From: Octopus vulgaris
Taxonomy: Eukaryota
Direction of reading: 5' to 3'
NCBI GenBank assembly: GCA_951406725.2
Contig: OX597831.1
Location: forward strand, 35,216,001-35,280,000
Length of the DNA stretch: 64,000 bases
This document shows positions 53,952 through 64,000 of the stretch, in pieces; within the stretch, counting starts at the first letter, position 1, and each line of letters starts with the position of its first letter. Both the position numbers and the translations under genes were made by a program. Below the pieces are notes generated by a model that was not told the origin of the DNA, searched no databases, and was given only the letters and a program-made list of their open reading frames with translations.

Positions 53952-54155
53952 TTATAAGCTTAAAGCTTATAAGAGATCACTGTGAAATGACTAAAGAAAA
54001 TAGTCTAATAGTGGGATTTATAAAAAGTAGGTTTTCCCTATGCAAACAGGAAAACCTACTTTTTCTGTCGAGGGCTAAAATGTCCCATTATTAGACGGTT
54101 TTCTTTAGTCATTGTGCAGTAATCACTTACAAGCTTTATGCTTATAAAATACTAT
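53945..54155. repeat. Imperfect fold-back element after (TA)n
   Basis: AATGACTAAAGAAAA..GTCTAATA / TATTAGAC..TTTTCTTTAGTCATT; inner AAAAAGTAGGTTTTCC / GGAAAACCTACTTTTT. Confidence 0.75.
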
Positions 54156-54360
54156 TATTATTATTATTATTATTATTTACAGAATTGTAAAAATCAATGC
54201 TGCTTACCAAAAACCGTCATACACACACACATGCACATATATTATCATCATTATTATTGTTATTATTATTATTATTTTATTCACTTGTAAATTATTAAAT
54301 TGCTTTTTTTTTTATTTGTCATATGTGTTTTCTCATTCTTGTTTGACTTTCTTTTTGCAG

Positions 54361-54474
54361 TTGTTCGAGCTATGCAACTTTTTAGCTGAAAATTTTGTAT
54401 TCCTCTATATTGGAGTGTCTGTATTTACTTTCCAAGCCATGAAATGGCATGCAATTTTTATATTTTCAGCATTT
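54361..54474 (+). CDS. SLC9A6/7/9: NHE exon: LFELCNFLAENFVFLYIGVSVFTFQAMKWHAIFIFSAF
   Basis: ttgcAG acceptor; ends at U12 donor GTATCCTTT; 114 nt. Confidence 0.95.
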
Positions 54475-54520
54475 GTATCCTTTTTCCTAACATATTTTTC
54501 TAAGATACCATATAAACTGT

Positions 54521-55207
54521 ACATTATTTACATTTGACGAGTATATGTGCTTATCTTTGTTTGTTGTTAACACAACGTTTCGGTTGATATACCCTCCAGC
54601 CTTCATCAGGCGTCTTGGGAAAATTTCGAACCTGGGTTCTCATTCCTAAAGTATTTTTTGATGTTATTATTATTATTCAGGTCACTGCATGGAATCGATC
54701 TTGGAATCTTGGGGTTAGTAGCCCACACTCTTAACCACTACACCATATGCCCATGGCCAGCATATGGCGTTGTAGTTAAGAGTGTGGGCTACTAACCCCA
54801 AGATTCTGAGTTTGATTCCAGGCAGTGATCTGAATGATAATCATCATCATCATCATCATCATCATCGTCCGTTCTCCATGCTAGCATGGGTTGGACGGTT
54901 CGACCGGGGATCTGGGAAGCCAGAAGGCTGCACCAGGCTCCGGTCTTATCTGGCAACGTTTCTACAGTTGGATGCCCTTCCTAACGCCAACCACTCCGTG
55001 AGTGTAGTGGGTGCTTTTTACAATAGTAATAATAATAATGATAATAACAACATTGAAAAATACCTTAGGAATGAAAACCCAGGTTCGAAATTTCCCCAAA
55101 ACACCTGATAAAAGCTGGAAGGTATATCAGCCAAAATGTGTTAACAACAAACAAGATGAGGACAAATATCCATCAGATGTAAATTCCTCATCTCTTAAAA
55201 ATAGAAC
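54521..55207. mobile_element. Head-to-head palindromic retroelement: tRNA-derived head + (AAT)n linker + hammerhead tail, 14-bp TSD; right arm interrupted by an RTE tail
   Basis: ACCATATAAACTGT at 54507-54520 and 55208-55221; arms inverted about spacer 54751-54759; A-box TGGTGTAGTGG, B-box-like GAGTTTGATTCC. Confidence 0.82.
54569..54614 (-). ncRNA. Minimal hammerhead motif in the left arm of the palindromic tRNA-headed element
   Basis: GACGC-CUGAUGA-A-GGCUG[10 nt]CAACC-GAAACGUU-GUGUU; palindromic ACGU stem III. Confidence 0.62.
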
Positions 55208-55877
55208 ACCATATAAACTGTTGTATAAGGCACACTTTCTTTTATTCTTAAATGTAACAAATAGTTGCCATGCATCTAATGTGACCATATTATGGATGGA
55301 GTGTGAGTGAGTGGGATGAAACACCTTAAATTTGATTTTACCATAAAATATACTTTTTTTCCACTAAAACGTAGGAGGTTGGTCTTATGCAAGATCGTAT
55401 CTTATGCACTGGCAAATACAGTACTTTCATTGTGCTATTTTCCCTATTGTGCATGCAGATATCTTAATAATATCCCCATTTATCATGGGTGTTTGGTTCC
55501 AAAAAACAAACTACATGTTAAATGAATCGGTGATAAATGAAAAATAGAACATATGGTAAAAACCGGTTTTATTCACCAGCGCATTGTAAATGGTTGTTGG
55601 AGTATGCTTTTGCAGTCTTAGTGGAATTTTGACTATTTGCTGACCTTTGTTATTACAGATCAATTCTTAGTAAGCATAGCATGGTTTACAACTGAGCAAA
55701 TTATGTCCTACAGCTTTCCCTTTTTCTCTACTACAACAATCTCTGCTGCTTACTAAATCTTACCCAACACACACACACATTCCTATAAACCACTTGATAC
55801 ACCTATTTTCCTCTTATCACTCCTATGGCCACTTCCTTCATAACACCCAGAGGAAGGTTAGTCTTTCAGATATTGTG

Positions 55878-56098
55878 AAGGCGTCGAGCTGGCAGAAACG
55901 TTAGCATGCCGGGCGAAATGCTTAGCCGTATTTTGTCTGTCGCTACGTTCTGAGTTCAAATTCAGCTGAGGTTGACTTTGCCTTTCATCCTCTCAGGGTC
56001 GATAAATTTAGTACCAGTTACGCACTGGAGTCGATGTAATCGACTTAATCCATTTGTCTGTCCTTGTTTGTCCCCTCTATGTTGGCAATAAAGAAATA
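55878..56098 (+). mobile_element. SINE family B with 17-bp TSD
   Basis: AGTCTTTCAGATATTGT at 55860-55876 and 56099-56115. Confidence 0.9.
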
Positions 56099-57460
56099 AG
56101 TCTTTCAGATATTGTTTTATTACGAGGGGTCATCAAGCATAATGATATGAGGTTTTGTATCATCCATATTCAGGAAGGAAGGTCATCATATGTAACTGAT
56201 TCCTTGCTATTTTTAATTTGTGTCCTTGATCCTTTAGCGTTTAAACTGATCATATCTGAATCAAAAGTTCTACCTGTTTTATGTTCAAACTGGTCAGATT
56301 TTGCTTCTCATACCTCCCCTGCAATGCTATCCCTAAAATAAACAATTATATCATTGAAATTTCAAAGCTACAAGATAGTGCATGATTAATTCAAAACAGT
56401 GGGAATAAACAAGCATTATAGTTGACAAGAGTAATCTGAAAGTTAAAGGGTTAAGAGAAATTACTTTGTCATGTCCTTATTGGTCTGGGTGTTGGAGACA
56501 GTGCAGGTTTGATGTAGGTTCAACAGAAACCTTAGTGATAATTGACAGAGAATTGTGGTTGAGGACAGAGACTGTAGGTGATTGTGGTACTTAACTTTTT
56601 TGAAACCAACCTACCTGAATCTGCCTCTGGTGCTCTGGAATTAATTACTTTATGTTTTAAAGTAATCCAAATTAAAATAATCCATGAAAATTTTGTGCTA
56701 GTTTATGTTCTAAACACCAGCTTAACAATGATAGACATTTTGTTAAATTATAAATTATTTTCAAAATTATTGATACAGAAATTGCTTTGTAATGGAATTA
56801 TGGTAACACATGGATTAAACCTTTTGATACCAATCTGCTTGAGGTCATCCCTGGTCCTATAATACAAATATTTTCTTCAAAGGGATCTAAGTTAAAACCT
56901 TCCATCAAAATTTTGTGTTAATCTATATTCCAGACACTAGCTTAATGATGCCAAAGTTATTTTACTAAATTCTAAATTATTTCCAAAATTAATTGATACA
57001 GAAGTAGCATATCTGAACAAAAATATGGTAACAAGAGGGTTAAAAGATGTGGCAGGTGAGGATAGTTGGTAGAGTTAAAGAAGTGATTATCATTTTTTGG
57101 AGATTGGACATACTCTTGAGTTCACTAAGTCCAGGATAAATTCCTAGACAGAAGGACTGATAGATAGATGGCTAGATGGATTTATTTATTTATTTATTTA
57201 TTTAGCAAGGTTAGGGGCTCTGAAATGCACATTTATAGGGACCCAACCAAAACTGGTCAACTGGTCACCTTATTGAGTCCACTTGATTGCTTGTATATCA
57301 TTTTCCATAACTGTATGTGAAAATGGCAATTTTTTTCCTTCTGTTTTCCTTCCGATAGATTTTCTGTGTGGTTCCTGTTATTTATAGAACTGAATCTAGA
57401 ATATATTTATAAAACTATAACTCTATCAGACATTAATTATTTTCCTTAACAGTAATTCAT

Positions 57461-57572
57461 TTTGCAATAATTATAGCAAGATTTTCTAATGTTTACCCGC
57501 TGTCCTATTTGCTAAATTTAGGACGGAAGAATAAAATTAGTTTTGCTTTCCAACACATGATGATGTTTGCTG
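57461..57572 (+). CDS. SLC9A6/7/9: NHE exon: [37 protein letters not shown]
   Basis: TTTCCTTAAC branch site 57441-57450; in-frame start follows cAT; GTaagt donor; 112 nt. The 5' boundary is inferred. Confidence 0.88.
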
Positions 57573-58305
57573 GTAAGTCATTGTTTATACATCTATCTAT
57601 GTATGTTTAGTATATTAATGATTTATTATTCATTCTTGATTGTGGAACCTATGACTATCTGATTGTGTGTGTGTGTGTCTATATATACAGACATAGATGT
57701 AAGTTAAATTCAACTTAGGTTTAAAGTCAACAAACAAAGTTTGCTTTAGAAGCGTTGAGATATATTGAAAGATACAGATAAGGAAATAATTTTATTCTCA
57801 AATGCAGGATAAAGCTAATAATATAGCATGAACAGGATAACCTATCCATATTTTGCAGAAACACATCCATGTATATATCCACACACACACAGTACAAACA
57901 AAAGTCTATCTCCATGTCCATTAGACTTCAAGGTCACATGATAGATATTTAGATAATTAACATTAAAACATATGGTGTAGATTTAAAAGTACTTGAAACC
58001 TCTCAGTGTCCATCTTTTTTTTCTCTCTTTCTCTTTCTGTGAATGTGATATATATTTGTGTATGAATGTATGTGTGTATGAATGTGAATGCATGTATGTG
58101 AATGTGTGTGAATATTATCTGTGAATGATTGCATATGTATGCATGTATATACAAGAATGTGTACGCATGTATGTGAATGTATATGTATGTGGGTGTATAT
58201 ATTTATATACATATGTGCAAATTATGTGTGTGTATGCAAATGCATGTATATGTCTGTATGTATATAAATGTATATGTGTGCATATACAAAAATGTATATA
58301 TGTAT

Positions 58306-58345
<40 letters not shown>

Positions 58346-58675
58346 TCTTTCACATATATGCATACATATGTGTGCATATATATATATGTATATATATATG
58401 CATACATATGTGTGCATATATATATATATGTATATATATACACACTTTCACATATATGCATACATATGTGTGCATATATATATATATGTATATATATATA
58501 GATACCTATACACAGACATTACCAAATATGCATACCTATATGTGTGTGTGTGTGTGTGTGAATGCATATGGATTTGTCTGCACTTAAATACATATGCTTA
58601 AGTACAAATATGTATCAGCTTGAATATGTCCTCATAATTGACACACGTATGTCCTGATTTTGTATTTCTTTACAG

Positions 58676-58829
58676 GTTTACGAGGAGCAATCGCTTTTGC
58701 TCTAGCCATTCGAAACACGTCAACGGCAGCCCGACAGTACATGGTATCTGCCATCATGATGGTTGTCCTTGTGACAGTCATAGTGTGTGGAAGTATGACC
58801 ACGCCCATGTTACAGTGGCTCAAGATCAG
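58676..58829 (+). CDS. SLC9A6/7/9: NHE exon: (G)LRGAIAFALAIRNTSTAARQYMVSAIMMVVLVTVIVCGSMTTPMLQWLKI
   Basis: ttacAG acceptor, GTatga donor, 154 nt; GLRGA motif. Confidence 0.96.
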
Positions 58830-59035
58830 GTATGAAATAACAAAGACAGAATCAAAAATTCTCCTCCTTTGCTTTATAATTAACCCTTTTGTGACCATAC
58901 TTCTGTTCAGAATACACTGACCTTGTTTTAATTGATTTTGAAAAATAACATTACCACCACCATTATCATTTGCCCCTGTAGTCTCCATGTGGCCGTTCTA
59001 CATGTTGATGTAGCAGACAAAGCTCTCTCTCCCTC

Positions 59036-59275
<240 letters not shown>

Positions 59276-59639
59276 TGTCTCTCTCTCTCTTTCTCTCTCT
59301 CTCTCTATCTATCTATCTATTCATCTATCTATCCATTTGTGTCACTCTCTGTCTCATTCCCTCTCTTCCTCTCTGTCTATCTCTCACTCTCTTTGTCTCT
59401 GTCTCTCTATCTGTGTCACTCTCTGTCTTTCTCTATCTCTATCTCTCTGGACATTTCCTAATCATATCAACGATGGAACAATGGCATAATTTGGGTTCAG
59501 CAATGCCACCATTTGAGTGTACTCGGACAAAGCCAAATGGCATCACACAATAGCAACATAATCTTCTGTCAGTCACTACCATTTTCACTGTCACTTGCCC
59601 TCATCATCTTTCACCACTACCCACTTCTCATGTTCCACC

Positions 59640-59950
59640 ATCACAACCACCATCCTTTCCATTAACATTATTCTACCATGAAAGCATTACTCTCACCACC
59701 ACCATCAACACCATCATCACTACCATGATCATCACCACAACCATCACCACCAAACCATTACCACCTCCACCACCACAACCACCATCACCACAATCACTAC
59801 CACCACCTTCACTGCCACCACCACCACCATCACAACTACCACCACCACCACCACCATTATCACAACCACCATCACTACAACCACCATTATCACAACCTCC
59901 ATCACCATCTCCTTTATCACAACTACCATCACCACAACTACCACCACTGC
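59640..59950. repeat. (CAC/CAT)n low-complexity tract (another at 62015-62250)
   Basis: Direct inspection. Confidence 0.9.
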
Positions 59951-60219
59951 ACTATGAGCCAAAAGGTCAGATATGGATGACCTTTTTTCTAGGAGTGAGC
60001 ACTAAATGCTATCACTCATAAAAAAATCAGACAACTTAAATATGACATGATATGTAGTAACGCAGGATATCAAACATTAAAGTAAGGGTATCATAGAAAT
60101 GTTTTTGTGAGAAAATTCATATAATTTTTTATATGAATACTAAAATAACTGAAAAATAAATCAATTCATGAATTTCATTTAGAAAACATTTCTATGGTTA
60201 TATAATCATGGACATTAGG

Positions 60220-60660
60220 AGGGCCATAAGAAGGGTCATGGTAGGTCATGCAATGAGTTATACAAAGAGTCATAAAAGGCCATACTAAGAGTCATAAAAG
60301 GCCATACTAAGAGTCACAAGGGGTCATATGAAGAGTCATGAAGGATCATACTAAGAGTCATGAAGGACCATACGAAGAGTCACATTGGGCCATACTAAGA
60401 ATCATGAATGGCACGCAAAAAGTTGCAAAAGGTCATTTGAAGAGTCATACAAGGCCATTCTAAGAATCATGGCGGGCCATATTAAGAGTCACGAAGGGCC
60501 ATACAAAAAGTCATGAAAGGCCATACTAAGAGTCACAAAGTGCCATACAAAAGGTTATGAAGAATCATACTAACAGTCATAAAGGGCCATACAAGGAATC
60601 ACAAAGGATCATGCAAAGAGTCATGACAGGCCATACAAACAGTGATAGAGGGCTATACAC
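60220..60660. repeat. Degenerate 21-22-bp minisatellite (GGCCATACTAAGAGTCATRAA)
   Basis: About 20 tandem units. Confidence 0.85.
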
Positions 60661-60962
60661 AACCTGAGTGCTACAGCTTGCATGATTGATCTGTATGGTT
60701 GTGGTTGCTTAATCTGCTAGAAACAGCAGCCAAATCTTCCACATTATGAACTACCATCTTAAAACATTAGGAGCACGTTAGATCTGAAAAATATGGTTAA
60801 TCACAGACTTGCTAGGTCAAGCTGACGTAGCTTAAATATCATCATCATCACTGTCATCGTCATCATCATTATTATCAGAAGCAAGAGTAAAATTATTTAC
60901 AACACCAATATTAGTAACAACAGCAAACTCATATTCCAAATGTTTCTTTTGATTTATTCCAG

Positions 60963-61011
60963 AGTTGGTGTCGATGAAGAACACGAACAGCCATTTGAGC
61001 CTGTGCGTACC
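60963..61011 (+). CDS. SLC9A6/7/9: NHE exon (start of cytosolic tail): (R)VGVDEEHEQPFEPVRT
   Basis: ttccAG acceptor, GTaagt donor, 49 nt; completes the family motif IRVGVD. Confidence 0.88.
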
Positions 61012-61150
61012 GTAAGTATTACTACAAGCTAATTACTAACATCTTTTGCATTACACACACACTTGCATGCATACATACACACATATACACACACAACTTT
61101 ATCTGATACTAAATATATAAAACAAATTTATTACAATATTTGAAAGACAC

Positions 61151-61385
61151 ACAGGACGGTGAGCTGGCAGAATCGTTAGCATGCCAGGTGAAATGCTTAT
61201 CAGTATTTTGTCTGCTGTTATGTTCTGAGTTAAAATTCCGCAGAGGTTGACTTTGCCTTTCATCCTTTTGGGGTTGATTAAATAAGTACCAGTTATGCAC
61301 TGGAGTCGATGTAATCGACTAAACCCCTTTGTCCTTGTTTGTTCCCTCTATGTTTAGCCCTCACTCTGTGGGCAATAAAGAAATT
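61151..61385 (+). mobile_element. SINE family B with 16-bp TSD
   Basis: AATATTTGAAAGACAC at 61135-61150 and 61386-61401. Confidence 0.9.
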
Positions 61386-61799
61386 AATATTTGAAAGACA
61401 CTCCAGTCTTGATGACTAACTAAAGATATCCCGAAAAAATACAGGTGTTGCAGAAATATGATGGATTATCCTTCTGGCCCTAAAAATAGGACCATGTTGG
61501 TCACTAATGGGTTAAGTTTGGATATAAGTTCTCACTGTTGAAAAAAGGGAAAGAATTTTGGTTTCAAATTTATGGCACAAGGCCAGCAATTTTAGGAGAG
61601 CAGGTAAGTCAGTTACATCAATTCCAGTTCATAACTGGTACTTATTTTATCATGATGAAAGGCAATGTTGACCTCGGCAGTATTTGAACTCAGAATAGTG
61701 AGATGGACAAAATGTTGCTTAGCATTTTACCTGGCATGCTAACAACTCTGCCAGCTTACTATCCTAAAGAGAAGGAATATTGGACTGTAGATTTGGTCA

Positions 61800-61844
<45 letters not shown>

Positions 61845-62900
61845 ACACACACAGTGTCTGGTTTTGTTTCCTTTTGACCAAGTTTGTTATTCTAGGCTTC
61901 TTGTCTCTATTCAAACTATAACTCTTACCTACCACGACCATCACCAGCAAAACTAAAAGATAATACATTGAACTAGTGTATAAATTTGATATTTTACTCC
62001 TCTCTCTTGACTTGTTCCACCACTACCACCACTATCACTACCACCACTACTTCTACCATCACCAGTGGTACCATCACAACCACCACCATCATCACCATTG
62101 TTACCAACATCACCACTATCTCTAGCACCACCACCACCCTATCATTTACTCTGACCAGTAATAATAACATGGCCACCACTACTACCATCACTACCTCTAC
62201 AACCACCACACCATCACCACCACCACCACTACCACCATTCTCACCACCATCCCTGGTATGAGACCACCCTTTTCTGTCCTAAGTCTTTACACTCCTCATT
62301 TGCCTCTCTACTTACTCTTTCTCCCAGATGTTAGCTTTGTCTGTTTGTTTGTTAGTGTTCTTTTTTTGTTTTTGTTTTTTTTTTTTTTCTATTTATTTTT
62401 TCATAAATATGCCTTTACAGTGTAATCCCTAATTTATAGAATGACTGGATTGTCATGGCCGAAATGCCTCTACTTATCAGGTCATGTAGTTGACCTCATG
62501 TTGAGTGACAACACACACACACACACACACACAAACAATATTTATATATCTCTCACTCACTAACATAGTATACTCAAGCCAATGAAGGAGCCACTATGTG
62601 GTTGCGTGACTTGCTAGAAATCTTTTTAAATTACTCTCCTCTTAAATATATGTTATCCCATGGTGGGTTGAATTTTCAACCCCTATCTCATTTTATAATA
62701 TATATATATATAGCACACACGTGAACGGAAAGTGTTGCTGAAGAGGTTACAGATGTGTGATGAAGAATTTCCAGACAATAGACATGACTTGAAATGAGAA
62801 CAGTAATAAATGGGTGAAGAAAGAATATATAGTGTATGTGTTTATTTGGCAAAAAAAAAAAATGACCATCCCAAAATACAACAATATATATGTGTGTGTG

Positions 62901-63037
62901 TGTGTTATAATTTAGAACAAACAGTAAAAGGTTGTTATTATAGTACTCAGAGTTTCGAATGTTGGAGCGAAGTGCTACGATGTATTCTTGTCGGCTGTAA
63001 TGACAGCCTTTTACTTTTTGTTCTAAACTATAACACA
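62901..63037. repeat. Fold-back element enclosing a degenerate hammerhead-like core (- strand)
   Basis: About 40-bp arms; inner CCGACAA-GAAT...ATTC-GAAAC-TCTGA-GTA. Confidence 0.6.
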
Positions 63038-63107
63038 TATAAATAATCCTCTATTTATCTAATGTCGAGGTCTCATTCTTTTGTTTGTTACTTTTTATTA
63101 CTATCAT

Positions 63108-63169
<62 letters not shown>

Positions 63170-63347
63170 GCACGAAGGACATATTGGACAATGTAGTTTA
63201 TAATACACTATCTGAAAGGATGGGATGATGACAGCTATCACATTTTTGATCATGTGTTTTTCTCATTTGAAATTCACTTGGAGCTAAACAAGAACAACAC
63301 ACACACACACACACACAATTACTCAGTGCATCTGTTATATTTTACAC

Positions 63348-63940
63348 CAGTGGTTCTCAGCTTATGCTCCCCACCCCAGCCCTGATTCCTATTTTATGCA
63401 GGAGAGAGGGGGCCCTATTAGCCATTCGATGTTTAAAAACTCAAACTATATTTTTATGATTAAATATCATTAGGAATTGTATAAAACAAATGTTTAAATA
63501 TAGTGTGTATTGTATGGCTTAGTGGTCAGAGCAATGGGCTCATAATCAGGAGGTAGTGAGTTTGTGTGCCAGACCGGACTGTGTGTTGTGTTCTTGAGCA
63601 AGACACTTCAGTTCACATTGTTCCAGTTCACTCAGCTGTAGAAATGAGTTGTGATGTTACCAATGCCAAGGTGTATCGGCCTTTGCTTTTCCCTTGGATA
63701 ACACTGGTGGCATGGAAAGGGGAGGCTGATATGCATGGGTGACTGCTAGTCTTCCATAAAAACAGCCTTACCTGGACTTATGCCTCAGATGGTAACTTTC
63801 TGGATGCAATCCCATGGTCATGCACGACCGAAGTGGAGTTCTTTTTTTAGGAGCATAACTAATATACAGCACATAAATTTTAACAGCAAAATCTTATATG
63901 GGACCCGAAGGGCCATATGGGCCCTGGTTGAAAACCACTG
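63348..63940. mobile_element. hAT-type MITE with a SINE C insertion (63514-63845)
   Basis: TIR CAGTGGTT; 8-bp TSD TTTTACAC/TTCTACAC. Confidence 0.78.
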
Positions 63941-64000
63941 TTCTACACCCTGAGCAGCAAATTGACAGTCATTGGAGTTTCAGACTGAGTGTTTTGTGGT

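Larger units (their letters stand above)
54475..57460 (+). other. U12-type intron with GT...AT termini (2986 nt)
   Basis: 5'ss GTATCCTTT, branch TTTCCTTAAC (57441-57450). Nearby AGs give an immediate stop or a frameshift; cAT at 57458-57460 restores the frame. Confidence 0.8.

Noticed and set aside
54680-54830. Functional tRNA genes (also the SINE A/B/C heads)
   Set aside because: No acceptor stem closure, and the sequences continue into repeat bodies. They are tRNA-derived heads only.
57451-57470. A-to-I editing creating an AG acceptor for the GT-AT intron
   Set aside because: Editing the AA at 57454-55, 57466-67 or 57469-70 gives out-of-frame exon starts.
59725-60021. Proline-rich ORF (and Thr-rich ORF 61986-62261)
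   Set aside because: (CAC)n low-complexity tracts with no convincing splice sites. The flanking NHE exons at 58829 and 60963 already join in frame.

Overview
Eukaryotic, AT-rich, microsatellite- and SINE-dense DNA. The repeat landscape resembles a coleoid cephalopod (Octopus-like); this is inference. The whole window lies inside one + strand gene, an endosomal/organellar Na+/H+ exchanger of the SLC9A6/7/9 (NHE6/7/9, Drosophila Nhe3-type) family. Eleven coding exons (15881-61011) splice into one open frame of 1122 nt (374 codons). The N- and C-terminal exons were not found in the window. Two introns are minor-spliceosome (U12) type: an AT-AC intron (40565-48072) and one whose only in-frame solution has non-canonical GT-AT ends (54475-57460). 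The introns hold three tRNA-derived SINE families, RTE, Tx1/L1-like and R4/Dong-like LINE fragments, a decayed mariner, mariner/pogo/hAT/TTAA MITEs and Helitron/Helentron pieces. The most unusual signal is a set of minimal type-I hammerhead-ribozyme motifs, often in fold-back elements next to (TA)n tracts. These include an intact one (47670-47733, - strand) and a TSD-flanked head-to-head palindromic element that joins a tRNA-derived Pol III head to a hammerhead (54521-55207). Most ORF-track entries are microsatellite or repeat artefacts.
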